From positions 832,001-896,000 of the forward strand of contig CAXXDQ010000007.1 of assembly GCA_963664325.2 (NCBI GenBank): 64,000 nucleotides of DNA, written 5' to 3'. Origin of the DNA: Desulfomonilia bacterium (lineage in GTDB: Bacteria; Desulfobacterota; Desulfomonilia; UBA1062). Made by a program: the position numbers and the translations under genes. Every line of letters starts with the position of its first letter. Position 1 is the first letter of the stretch. This document shows, one piece after another, positions 39,887 through 49,895 of this stretch. Below the pieces are notes generated by a model. That model had not been told where the DNA came from and ran no database searches. It worked only from the letters and a program-made list of their open reading frames with translations.

Positions 39887-41227
39887 ATGGCAGAAGATAA
39901 AAAATACGAATATTCTGTAAATGAAGTGCCGCCTGCAGGTCATCTGGTATTATCTGCGTTTCAGCATGTTCTGCTGATGGTTGTTTCTATCGGCCTGCCA
40001 ATAATTTTTTCTGCCCAGCTCAATGAAACGCCGGAATTTACAGCTTCTCTGGTAACCTTTTCAATGCTGGCCTCGGGTATCGGCTCGATTATACAGGCCT
40101 TGAGATTGCCTTATCTGGGTTCCGGCTATTTATGCCCTAATCTTTGCGGTCCTTCATATTTAAGTCTTTCGCTTTCTGCGACATGGATCGGCGGCCTGCC
40201 TTTGATGCGCGGTATTACTATCATTGCCGGTTTAATCGAGATATTTCTTGCACCAGCCGTGCAAAAGCTTAAAAGCATATTCCCGATATACATCGTCGGC
40301 CTTGTTGTTACTTTGGTCGGAATAAGCATTATTCAAATTGCGATAACATCTTTTTTCGGTCTTACCTTTCAAGGTGATGCCATAAGAAGCATAGATATTT
40401 TTATCGGCGCTGTATCTTTGTTCATAATGGTTTTCTGCAATGTGTGGGGTAAGGGATTTGTCAAGACTTACTGTCTGATTATCGGGATGTTCTCAGGCTG
40501 GATTCTGTCCTTGATCATCGTTCCTGAGTACTGGCAAAACCTTGTTTCAATCAAAAACAGTCCTTTTTTTGCACTGCCTCAATTCAGTTCGCTTCTTAAT
40601 CCGATTACATTTAAGCTCAATCTTCTGATTCCTCTGATAGTTATCGCCATCGGCAGCACCTTGAAAACCTTCGGTAATCTTTTGGCCGCACAGAAGATAT
40701 CAGAGCCTGAGCTTGATGAGGTTAATTTTATACCTATCCGTAATGGAATTGTTGCCGATGGCCTTGCAACTACTTTATCAGGATTATTAGGAGCCATGGC
40801 AGTGGATACATCATCAAGCAATATCGGGCTGGCCGGCGCTACCAGGGTGCTTAGCAGGTGGATCAGCATTGTGGCGGGGATAATTTTTATTGTGCTCGCA
40901 TTTTTTCCAATGCTTATTAATGGACTTTCCAATATACCAAAGCCAGTTCTTGGCGCTTCGACCATTTTCAGTGGATGTTTTATGATTTGCGCGGGTTTAA
41001 TTCAGATGATGGATGAAAAATGGGATCAACGTAAAACATTTGTAGTGGGCATCGCCTTGTTTTTCGGCTTGAGCACCGCTTTCCTGCCTTCGCTCTATGC
41101 CAGGGCGCCAAAGATCATACAGACATTTTTTACAGACCCGCTGCCGACAGCAACAATTCTTGCCGTCATCTTAAATCAGATTATCAACCTTGATATACTT
41201 TATAAAAAATTAAGGAAAAAAGATTAA
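39887..41227 (+). CDS. NCS2 (xanthine/uracil) family permease
   Basis: QH motif in TM1, GPSY, GIVADGL, SSSNIGL...T.V.SR signature region and IPKPVLG. Confidence 0.88.
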   Translation: MAEDKKYEYSVNEVPPAGHLVLSAFQHVLLMVVSIGLPIIFSAQLNETPEFTASLVTFSMLASGIGSIIQALRLPYLGSGYLCPNLCGPSYLSLSLSATWIGGLPLMRGITIIAGLIEIFLAPAVQKLKSIFPIYIVGLVVTLVGISIIQIAITSFFGLTFQGDAIRSIDIFIGAVSLFIMVFCNVWGKGFVKTYCLIIGMFSGWILSLIIVPEYWQNLVSIKNSPFFALPQFSSLLNPITFKLNLLIPLIVIAIGSTLKTFGNLLAAQKISEPELDEVNFIPIRNGIVADGLATTLSGLLGAMAVDTSSSNIGLAGATRVLSRWISIVAGIIFIVLAFFPMLINGLSNIPKPVLGASTIFSGCFMICAGLIQMMDEKWDQRKTFVVGIALFFGLSTAFLPSLYARAPKIIQTFFTDPLPTATILAVILNQIINLDILYKKLRKKD

Positions 41228-41604
41228 AATTGTTCGTTTAAAAAGCCGGGAGGCCATAACCAGCTCTGGAATCTCAGCTCTTTTTTTTCAGCCCTCGATA
41301 AATTGAATCAGCCCTGTCCCGGCGGAAAAAATGCCAAGTCTCAAATGAGTTTTTGGCGAGCTCAGATGCTGTATTGAAAGGTGATTTATGCTTTTGAAAA
41401 ATCATAGATTGCTTACAGTAATATGTGGTTTTACCTCAACGCTTGATAGTAGAGATTTCGTGGTGATATATTAAGTCCAAATGGAACTGTTTTTGCTATA
41501 ATTGAAACAAAGATGGTATTGTAAGAAATAGAATTCATTTGATTGAAGTTCTTTGACAACTAAGTTGGTTTTAATGGAATAATCATTTTAGGAGGCAGTC
41601 TATA

Positions 41605-42141
41605 ATGATCCATCGAATATATTTCTTCTTGTTGATAGTTTTTATAACAACAGGATGTGGGATAACATCAACAATGGTATCTAGTATAGGAGCTAAAGCC
41701 AAATGGAGTAGGCAAGAAAGCACCAACAAAGATAATATTGTTTCAATGTCACTTTTAAACTCAAAGATGGAAATTTCAAAAAATGGAGATATGCCAATTT
41801 ATTTCCCATACAAAAGTTTGAGACCATCAAAAGAAGGTGAGTTTCTTGATACTATTGAATTAAAAATGTCAGATATAAAATGGTCGTCAAAGAACAATAC
41901 AAACAAGACAGGAGAAATATCATGTTTTTTAAGTGGAGAACCAATTCTTTTTGAAGTTAATTTATACAATGATGGGAAAGGTAATGAATTTTTGTCACTT
42001 ATAAGTCGCTATAGAAGCTGGTATGGATATCCTGCACAATGCTTAATGCTTGTGGCTGTACCAGCAGATTTTGTAATTGGAACATTATGGTTTACGGGAG
42101 TTGCAATAATTACTCCAATACAATTAATCATTCACAATTGA
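41605..42141 (+). CDS. AT-rich hypothetical lipoprotein with a hydrophobic C-terminus
   Basis: ITTGC lipobox; AGGAGG RBS. Confidence 0.7.
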   Translation: MIHRIYFFLLIVFITTGCGITSTMVSSIGAKAKWSRQESTNKDNIVSMSLLNSKMEISKNGDMPIYFPYKSLRPSKEGEFLDTIELKMSDIKWSSKNNTNKTGEISCFLSGEPILFEVNLYNDGKGNEFLSLISRYRSWYGYPAQCLMLVAVPADFVIGTLWFTGVAIITPIQLIIHN

Positions 42142-42155
42142 ATAATTAAAGGAAC

Positions 42156-42578
42156 CAAAAGGTGTCAGGCCTTTATTCTTGACATTAAGTTTCATTATCT
42201 CTTTCGAACAGCGCCCGCCAATATCCATTCTGTTCAGAGAGTCTTCAACAAATACACCCTGACATAATCAAGCAGTCGGCTCCAGTTTGGCAACTGCCCA
42301 TTTCATGACCTTGCGCACATCCTCGTACTCATCATCACGCATCTTTTTCATGACAGGCAGCAGAGGCCTGGCCCTTTCGCCGATGTAATCCACGGCGTTG
42401 GCGGCATAGAGCCTGACCATCTGGTTCCCGCTCCCCAGCGCCTTTGACAGAACAGGCAGCGCCCTGCCCGTATCACCGGCAGCGCAGAGGGTCTGCGCAG
42501 CGGTTATGCGTACCGTAACAGAAGGGTCGTCAAGCAGTCCGGCGAGATCACATTTTGCTCCCGTAATGAGACAACCGA
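42156..42578. repeat. 423-bp direct repeat, copy 2
   Basis: Partner of 38107-38529 (offset 4049 bp). Confidence 0.95.
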
Positions 42579-44082
42579 CCGCGCCCCAGTAGCGGACAGC
42601 GCTGTCGGAATGGCGCAGAAAGCCGTTCAGTTCGGAAGAGTTAGCACCCATTGATGCCCGGTCGGCGGCATACATTATTTCATTCAGGTTATATTTTTCA
42701 GGATTATGCACCATATCGTAGATGGTCCCGTTCCCTGCGCGCTCCACCATCTCGACCTCGTGCAGGAAACCGGCGTCTCGGATTTCCATCGACCAGCGCC
42801 CGCACTCCTTGCGCAGACGCAGGAGTTCGTCCCTGTACAGCGGATCACCGGCCAGATTGTTTATTTCATAAGGGTCGTTTTTAAGATCATAGAGTTCCTC
42901 TGGAGGCTTCCGGCCGAAAAAGGCGGCTGGGGGTCCGCTCAGTTTGCCTTCATCATGCAAGAGCTGCCAGGAGCGCATCGAGGGAATGGCCCAGAGATAT
43001 TCAATATGCTGGGCATAGGGCAGGTGCGGCATATAATTGCGGATATACTTATAGCGCCTTTCCGTAACCGAGCGCATCATATCGAAGCGTTCATCCATGC
43101 GTCCGCGGAAACAGTAAACATATTCCCGCCCGGCCTTCAGGAAATCCCGCCCCTGCATGTGGCCGGGAACAGCACAACCGGCCAGGCCCAGAATTGCGGG
43201 CGCGAAGTCCACACAGCTGACCAGGCTGTCATCGCGTTTGTTTTTCGGGGCCAGATGGCGATACTTCCCGGGAAAACGGATGACCAGGGGCACACGAACA
43301 CCCCATTCCCTTAAAAATCGTTTGGTTCCAGGCAGAATACCGCCGTGATCGCTGAAGTAGAAGACGATGGTATTGTCGATCTCGTCACCGAGCATTTCGA
43401 GCACCCTGCCTACCTGGCTGTCCATCTTTGTGATCTGGTCGTAATATTGAGCATAGTCATGTCTGAACTCAGGCGTATCAGGGTGGAATGGCGGCAATTT
43501 AACCGTCCGGGGGTCGTGCACGAGATTATCGCGCCATTCCTGCAGATAACCCTCATGGGTGGCCGGAATATTGATCACATGGAAGAAGGGCTGGCCGGAT
43601 TTGCGTGTACGCCAGGCGGCGAACCAGCTCAAGACATTGCGGTCCCAGGCCCCGGGCGGAGTAGGCCCGCAGTTGTAATCCTCCTTGAAGCGGTTCGTGC
43701 AGTAGTAGCCTGCGTCTCTCAGGTATTCGGTAAAGAAGCGAACATTTTTCGGAATGGGGTACTGGCTGCGCATGTGCTCATTGCCCAGGCTCGGAGAGTA
43801 CACCCCGGTAAGAAGCGTGTTCCTGGCCGGGGCACAGACCGGACTGGAGCAATACGCCCGCGTATATACAACACCCTCGGCAGCGAGACGATCGATATTG
43901 GGAGTAACGGCATACATATCCCCGTAACAGCCCAGAAACGGACTGTTGTCTTCGCCCATCAGCCAGAGAATATTGGGCCGGTCCTGCGAGGATTTCCCCA
44001 TGTTCATTATGGCGGGCACGGCCTGCGTCGCCACGGCCGCCACGCCAAGCCCTTTGATGAATTCCCGCCTGGTGTATTTCAT
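42268..44082 (-). CDS. Tat-exported formylglycine-dependent sulfatase with C-terminal HEAT repeats
   Basis: TRREFIK, RPNILW, CAPAR (CxPxR), SDHGG and EELYDL..DP.E..NLA. Confidence 0.93.
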   Translation of the reverse strand: MKYTRREFIKGLGVAAVATQAVPAIMNMGKSSQDRPNILWLMGEDNSPFLGCYGDMYAVTPNIDRLAAEGVVYTRAYCSSPVCAPARNTLLTGVYSPSLGNEHMRSQYPIPKNVRFFTEYLRDAGYYCTNRFKEDYNCGPTPPGAWDRNVLSWFAAWRTRKSGQPFFHVINIPATHEGYLQEWRDNLVHDPRTVKLPPFHPDTPEFRHDYAQYYDQITKMDSQVGRVLEMLGDEIDNTIVFYFSDHGGILPGTKRFLREWGVRVPLVIRFPGKYRHLAPKNKRDDSLVSCVDFAPAILGLAGCAVPGHMQGRDFLKAGREYVYCFRGRMDERFDMMRSVTERRYKYIRNYMPHLPYAQHIEYLWAIPSMRSWQLLHDEGKLSGPPAAFFGRKPPEELYDLKNDPYEINNLAGDPLYRDELLRLRKECGRWSMEIRDAGFLHEVEMVERAGNGTIYDMVHNPEKYNLNEIMYAADRASMGANSSELNGFLRHSDSAVRYWGAVGCLITGAKCDLAGLLDDPSVTVRITAAQTLCAAGDTGRALPVLSKALGSGNQMVRLYAANAVDYIGERARPLLPVMKKMRDDEYEDVRKVMKWAVAKLEPTA

Positions 44083-44453
44083 GCTTCCTCCGGCATCTGC
44101 GCAAACATCAGGATAACGAACAGCAGGTCAAACACAAGGATAATCCAGAGCTGATAAACGCACAAAACATAGAAGGCCATGCCGACCACCATAACAAGGC
44201 TGGTCAGAACGGATGAAAGCAGAGCGCCGAATACGGACGCCAGGATCGAATGCCGTCGGCCCAGCAGCCGATGTATCAACAGGGAAAAAATTGAAGCCAA
44301 AAGCACAATCCCGAGCAATACACCTGCAATAACCGGGAAATCGGGCCAGCCGTAATCCGCGGCCAGCTTGTCCCGCTGGAAAAGAAAGAAGCCCGAATAG
44401 GTCAGCATCCCGAGAAAAAAAACCGTCCATATGCAGAGCGGAAGCCTTTTCAT
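44079..44453 (-). CDS. Small multi-pass membrane protein
   Basis: About four hydrophobic segments; overlaps the sulfatase start (ATGA); GGAGG RBS. Confidence 0.7.
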   Translation of the reverse strand: MKRLPLCIWTVFFLGMLTYSGFFLFQRDKLAADYGWPDFPVIAGVLLGIVLLASIFSLLIHRLLGRRHSILASVFGALLSSVLTSLVMVVGMAFYVLCVYQLWIILVFDLLFVILMFAQMPEEA

Positions 44454-44526
44454 CAGAATCCTCCAATAGTACATATCAACTTGTAAACGATAAAAGAAAT
44501 ATGGGCAGATTTCAATGGCATTCTGT

Positions 44527-45357
44527 TTATTTTGAATCGCTCAAGGCATACACCCTGACATAATCGACAGTAAAGGAATCCGGGAGAGCTGCCTTTGTGA
44601 TGTCGCCGCCCCAGGTGCCGATTTCGTCGCTGATGATAAGTTCGCCGGGCTTTTCGCAGACGCCGCCGTAGCTGTGGCTCCAGGTCTTTACCCCGTCGAT
44701 GTAATAGACATATTTTTCAGGCGTCCATAAGAGGCCGAAGGTGTGCCAGCCTTCCATTGCGCCGTTCAGAAAGACCTTCCTTGCCGATGACTTATGCTCT
44801 TTTCCGTAGCCGTCCCAGTGGATAGTCTGCTGAATGATATTATCGAGTGTGGGCTTTTCGAATATGTCTATTTCTGCGCCGTCAACGCCGCCGTTTTCTA
44901 TGCTGCCCACATCGCCCGCCATCATCCAGAAGGCGGGCCAGTGGCCCTGCTCTTTGTGCAGCTTCACCCTTACCGTGTAATATCCCCAGGGCTCTACCAT
45001 CAGGCTTGTGAGCCCTTTGGAGGTTATGCAGCCGTCGATGAACCGGCCGTCCTCTTCATACGTAGTCATGACAAGATTGCCCACACCGTCAAGGCTTACG
45101 GCCTCTTTCTCCCACCAGCCGTCTCGCCTGGGGCTGTTGTCTTCATATCTCCACTTGTTTTCATCGAGGACAGTTCCATCGAAATTGTCCTCGAATACGA
45201 GGCTCAGTTCACAGCCTGCGGGAGGTTCGGGGACAAAGTTTTCCCGGTTATCAGGCTTCACGGCATCCGGCGAAATCCAGAAGTAGGTGATTGCAGGGAC
45301 GCAGGCGGCCAGCGTCAGCAGCATTGCGGTGAAAAGGGCTCTTTTAAGGTTTCTCAT
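44527..45357 (-). CDS. Glycoside hydrolase family 16 protein
   Basis: WPAFWM, EIDIFE catalytic motif, WHTFGLLW and VDYVRVY. Confidence 0.92.
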   Translation of the reverse strand: MRNLKRALFTAMLLTLAACVPAITYFWISPDAVKPDNRENFVPEPPAGCELSLVFEDNFDGTVLDENKWRYEDNSPRRDGWWEKEAVSLDGVGNLVMTTYEEDGRFIDGCITSKGLTSLMVEPWGYYTVRVKLHKEQGHWPAFWMMAGDVGSIENGGVDGAEIDIFEKPTLDNIIQQTIHWDGYGKEHKSSARKVFLNGAMEGWHTFGLLWTPEKYVYYIDGVKTWSHSYGGVCEKPGELIISDEIGTWGGDITKAALPDSFTVDYVRVYALSDSK

Positions 45358-45476
45358 AATCTCCTCAATATAAGAAAGTTATAAAATCTATTTTAATATA
45401 TGCCCGCTCAAAAAGCTACCATTGCCAAAACATGGGAAAGAGATTGCCCGGCCTGATGAAGGACTTTCTGCTGTCC

Positions 45477-47072
45477 TCACCCTGCAGCGGCAGTGATAAA
45501 GCAATTGCCCCCGCCGCCTGATGCAGAGCTTTCCGGTGCAGTAATAAATGATGTCGATGCTGAAACTGGAGATTCGGCTCCCCTGTCATCCCGGTATATG
45601 ACCTGCCAGTAATATTGCATTCCCCTCTGAAGGGTACCGGAAGGGACATTGAAAGCGGTCTTGCCGGCAGTATCAAAAGGACCGGAATAGACGATGGCCC
45701 CTGTTGAGTCCTTAATTATCCAGCGGCTTGCTTCATGGGCGTCGCCATCTTCATCTTCGAATTCCGAGGCGGAAAGCGTCACGGGCTGCCCCATGATTGC
45801 CGTCCATCCGTTTGGAGGCAGCAAGTTTACCGGTTGATCCGGCCTTGTGTTGGCATGGCCGCTCAGTGTTATGCTGCGGGTGACGCCGGAAGAAAACACG
45901 CTCAGCTCCGCCGTATCCGGGGTCAGTTCTCCAATCCCGGCATATGTCACCTGTATATCCTCGGATGCCGCAGATTCTATTGGGGTACCGCTTGACTCGG
46001 AAACGACAAACTTCGCGTTCGTCACATCAAAAGAAATGTCGGACAAAGGCACCGATCCGTTGTTGGTGATCGTGAAGGAAAAAGTCTGGAACTGCTGGTC
46101 AGGAAGCAGCAGCATACCGAAATCGATTGAGGAAGGGCTTAAAACAAAGGATGCGCCGGGAACGATGGCATAATCTATAGTAAAGACTTCTGTTTCGACC
46201 ATACACTCGTTCACGCCCATCGCCACCCTGAAATATCCGTTATCACCCCAGTCCGGTCCCCAGCTGTTCTTTACTATCCAGCACTGCTCTTCATCATCGT
46301 AACCCACGATAACGACATCATGCCCCCCTTCTATCGTACCGGATACGTGACGATAGACTCCCGATTTGTAGTAAAGAAAGTCCGAATAGATCACAAATGC
46401 CGTCACTACCGGTCCATTATGGGCAACAGCGCTTTTTATCGACTCTACTGAAGATGAAACATTCTCAAATGATGTTACACGGTAGGTGTTCTGCCGCCAG
46501 TCCGCACATCCTGCAGGGTCTTCGGTTATTCCGTTTTCGCCGGATACGTACGGATAGCATGATTCAAGCGGGGCTCCGGTAGTTTTAAGGAAATCAATCG
46601 AACTGTCAAGAAACCCGCCGCCGCACCCCATTTCATTCGTGTCGCAAGATATCATCGACTGCTCCGAAAGGTTAAGCTCCGTGTCGGGAGTATGGCTGGT
46701 AATGAGTATGCTGGATTCCAGGGCCGCAGTAGAGGCAAAGGCATAGCATGCTCCGCATTTCCCCTGGTTTTTTATGCTCGTGACATAATTGTGGCCATTT
46801 ACATTTCGCCAGTCAACCTTGGCAGGGAGAACTTCTTCGGTATAAAATTTGCCGGATTTGGGTTTAAGGACGGGCAAGCTAATCGGCTTCATCGGAAAAA
46901 GGCGCTTTCTTTCTGCAGGCGTTAGTTTCGAAATGGGCGTTTCCCCTGCAACCCAGTCTGCTCCCTTTTCGCGGATGGCCCTGTTTACATCATCTGCATT
47001 TATCGCCAGGAGAGGCGAGGAAATGAGCAGGAGCATCAGGCATGCAACAAACCTGACAATTGTACTCTTCAT
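45477..47072 (-). CDS. Exported papain-like (C1) cysteine peptidase with Ig-like domains and a short CFI tail
   Basis: DWR, QGKCGACYAF, LSEQ, GGH and KNSWG motifs; ends SASGGGGNCFITAAAG. Confidence 0.92.
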   Translation of the reverse strand: MKSTIVRFVACLMLLLISSPLLAINADDVNRAIREKGADWVAGETPISKLTPAERKRLFPMKPISLPVLKPKSGKFYTEEVLPAKVDWRNVNGHNYVTSIKNQGKCGACYAFASTAALESSILITSHTPDTELNLSEQSMISCDTNEMGCGGGFLDSSIDFLKTTGAPLESCYPYVSGENGITEDPAGCADWRQNTYRVTSFENVSSSVESIKSAVAHNGPVVTAFVIYSDFLYYKSGVYRHVSGTIEGGHDVVIVGYDDEEQCWIVKNSWGPDWGDNGYFRVAMGVNECMVETEVFTIDYAIVPGASFVLSPSSIDFGMLLLPDQQFQTFSFTITNNGSVPLSDISFDVTNAKFVVSESSGTPIESAASEDIQVTYAGIGELTPDTAELSVFSSGVTRSITLSGHANTRPDQPVNLLPPNGWTAIMGQPVTLSASEFEDEDGDAHEASRWIIKDSTGAIVYSGPFDTAGKTAFNVPSGTLQRGMQYYWQVIYRDDRGAESPVSASTSFITAPESSASGGGGNCFITAAAG

Positions 47073-47307
47073 GCCGCTCTCCTGTTTTTGGGGAATAACT
47101 TTATTTATTCAGCAGTGTATATATTCTATCGACATCTAACCTGGAAACTTAAGCGGGTCATTCCTCGACAGATGCACGGTTTATTCCTTATATGTTTCCA
47201 GCAGAGAGGACATCCGCAGATGCCGCCCTTCCCTGCCGGAAATACAGGCTTACTTACTGACCGGCTTTCTCTATATAAATTCCCGAGCCGATCCAGTTCA
47301 AGACTGT

Positions 47308-49440
47308 CTATGAAACCTCCACCATTATAAAATCCCCCGGCTTGCCGGAAAACTGGAGGTAATAATTTCCCGATACGGCCGGGAGTACGGCCGAGCCGGT
47401 GCTTTTGCCCGAAGCTGCAAGTTTAAGATCAGGGCCCCGGATTATCCAGGGCGAACTGCTGATTATGCTTACAGACCCTCCGGCGGCACCGTCGAACTTT
47501 CGCCATTCATCATACCCGCCAGCCCCGATTATGATCGTCGCCTCTGGTGTTGCTATTGCTGTCACCGATTCCAGGGGCCGGTAAATGTTGCTGCCGAACC
47601 TCGCCCAGTTTCCGGTCTCGCCCTGAGGGGTAAAGATAAAAAGATCGTTCACGTCCCTTCCCGCCTGCGGAAGGAGGAACAGCTTCACGGAAGCCAGTTT
47701 ATCCACATCGGAACCCTCGGCCAGAGTCGGGTCGAGCATGCTGTATGTGCCGCTGCCGGTTGAAACGCACAGCAGGCCTTCAAGGCCCGTTATCTCTTCA
47801 ATGCCCAGTTTCACAAGGCCTTCCAGCGATACGGAATCAAGGCTCTCGTTGACAACCAGCCATTTCAACGGAATCCGGCTGCTCCAGGCCGTGCTCAGTG
47901 TCCCCTTCGGGCTTATCTTCTCAGCAAGCATCATGTCATCCTGGTAATGCCCGTTGCCGCCTTTCCGCCTCACGATCAGGTATGTCCTGAGATTTGCGCT
48001 GACAGTGCAGAGCTCTGTCAGGGGATCGCTGTCCGACGAAAAAAGACCGTCTGTCCGGAGTTTCAGGTTCAGCATTGCAGGCGACCAATTGTTGTCGCCC
48101 GAGTATATGTCGGCTTTAATTGAGCTGTCCGGATTCTTTTGTATATGCCATACCCGGGATGGATTGGCGAAGTAGCCGGTTATGTCGTCAAGCTGGCTTT
48201 GTGTCGGTGTTTTAATATCTTTGGGAGTCATGGGCAAGGCTTGTGGAAATGCAGCTATGCGACCTTTTTCTACAAGTGCCCTGAGCAGAATCCTCTCGGC
48301 AACCGCCTTTGCCATCGATGAACCCACTCCTCTAGTACCGGCAACGAAGACCGTCATGCCTTCATCAGGCAGGACGATCATATCGGCCCCGTATTCAGAG
48401 ATGTCTCCGCCCTTCTCCCAGGCCCTTATGCCGAGGACCTTGAAAGCGGGCTGCGTAACCGTATCCCAGCCCAGGCCGAAGCGTACTCCTTCGTTTATGA
48501 CCGGGCTGAACTTGCCGGGCGTCTGGTCCGTGCCCATGGCCGCAACCGAGCTTTCAGAAAGAATCCTGGTATCGCCCGACTTTCCTTTCCCTACAAACAT
48601 CATCAGGAATCTGAGCATATCCGTATGCGTCGTATTCATGCCGGCGGAGGCGTAGGGGTTTGCAAAAACCTGCGGGTCCGCCACGCCTGAGGTATAGGAC
48701 CTGGCATAGGAATCATCCGGGAAATAGGACAACGCATAACGGCTGTGGCCCATTTCCAGGGGGTCAAGTATTTCATCCTGCACGAACTGGGCGTATTTTT
48801 CCCCGCTTATATTCTCGATGAGCTTTTCGAGCAGGGAAAACCCGTCATTGCAGTAGGTCTGAAGGTATCCTGGCGCGTGCTTGAGCCTCTCGTTCTTAAG
48901 GCTGTCAATGAGCTGATCCAGGTAATCGACCATCGGTGAAACCGTTTGGCTGTTTCTGTACTCGGAGCCCGGGAAGCCTGAAGAGTGGTTCAGAAGCATC
49001 CTTACAGTGACCTGTTCATACTCGGGGGAAAGCATGCTGAACTCCGGGATATATGTTTTGACAGGCTCATCGAGATTGACCTTGCCCTGATCCACAAGGA
49101 TCATGGTCGCGACGGCTGCGAACATTTTGCTGACCGAACCTATGCCGAACATGGTGTCCGGAGCGGGCGCCGTTTTCCGGCCGGCTCCGGTAAATCCGAA
49201 GTCTTCGGTCCAGACAATGCGGCCGTCTGCGAAAAAGCCGACAGATATCGAACTGGCCCCGGTCTGCTGGAGCGTCTCGTTTGCGGCAAGGCGACCTTCT
49301 TCAACAGTTGCGCCGTATGCGGGCTGGCTTTCCGAATTCGAGCTGCTCTCGCTGCCGCATCCTGCAGTCAGCATCAGTGAAAACAGAATGAGAGCAGAGA
49401 GAACATGACGAAGGCTTCTGGTGAGGTTGAATTCAATCAT
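47308..49440 (-). CDS. Beta-lactamase-family serine hydrolase lipoprotein with a long C-terminal extension
   Basis: TAGC lipobox, GSVSK (SxxK), LLNHSSG, YCN and KGGD. Confidence 0.88.
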   Translation of the reverse strand: MIEFNLTRSLRHVLSALILFSLMLTAGCGSESSSNSESQPAYGATVEEGRLAANETLQQTGASSISVGFFADGRIVWTEDFGFTGAGRKTAPAPDTMFGIGSVSKMFAAVATMILVDQGKVNLDEPVKTYIPEFSMLSPEYEQVTVRMLLNHSSGFPGSEYRNSQTVSPMVDYLDQLIDSLKNERLKHAPGYLQTYCNDGFSLLEKLIENISGEKYAQFVQDEILDPLEMGHSRYALSYFPDDSYARSYTSGVADPQVFANPYASAGMNTTHTDMLRFLMMFVGKGKSGDTRILSESSVAAMGTDQTPGKFSPVINEGVRFGLGWDTVTQPAFKVLGIRAWEKGGDISEYGADMIVLPDEGMTVFVAGTRGVGSSMAKAVAERILLRALVEKGRIAAFPQALPMTPKDIKTPTQSQLDDITGYFANPSRVWHIQKNPDSSIKADIYSGDNNWSPAMLNLKLRTDGLFSSDSDPLTELCTVSANLRTYLIVRRKGGNGHYQDDMMLAEKISPKGTLSTAWSSRIPLKWLVVNESLDSVSLEGLVKLGIEEITGLEGLLCVSTGSGTYSMLDPTLAEGSDVDKLASVKLFLLPQAGRDVNDLFIFTPQGETGNWARFGSNIYRPLESVTAIATPEATIIIGAGGYDEWRKFDGAAGGSVSIISSSPWIIRGPDLKLAASGKSTGSAVLPAVSGNYYLQFSGKPGDFIMVEVS

Positions 49441-49754
49441 AAAAACCCCTTTCATTTTAAAATTATCCGGAACACGTTCCGCCTTATAAAGGCAACTTTT
49501 CATCGCATCACATGAAATGTATTTATCGGCATAACAGGGAAAATAATTAAGGCCGGGAAACCGTTCACCAGTGTCTGTTTGATCATCGCTTTGAAAGCAG
49601 GAAGGGGCCGGGTATCAGCAATTGACAATCACCTGCCGGCTGCCCTGCCCGGCCTGTTCCCATGGTTCCGGGTTGACCGGCGTACCGGCATAACCATTCC
49701 CGGCAGCAACACATGAGACCAGGTTCCGTTGTTCCGGCTCAATATTTATGTTTG

Positions 49755-49781
49755 CATTTTATGAGATGCTTTCATAAAATG
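49755..49781. promoter_or_regulatory. Palindromic operator-like site between divergent hydrolase genes
   Basis: CATTTTATGA-N7-TCATAAAATG, perfect 10-bp arms. Confidence 0.5.
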
Positions 49782-49895
49782 GGATATATTTTTTTCCTGT
49801 TCCTGTTCCGCTCCGGGATGATTTTATATGAACGGGATTTGTTTCTGCACCTGTTTCCGTACGCATTTCGATGCGTATGAATGAAAGGGGGAATC

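Noticed and set aside
1945-41227. ade, 5'-nucleotidase and NCS2 permease as one purine-salvage locus
   Set aside because: They lie 12-22 kb apart with unrelated genes between them and no shared regulatory motif was seen.
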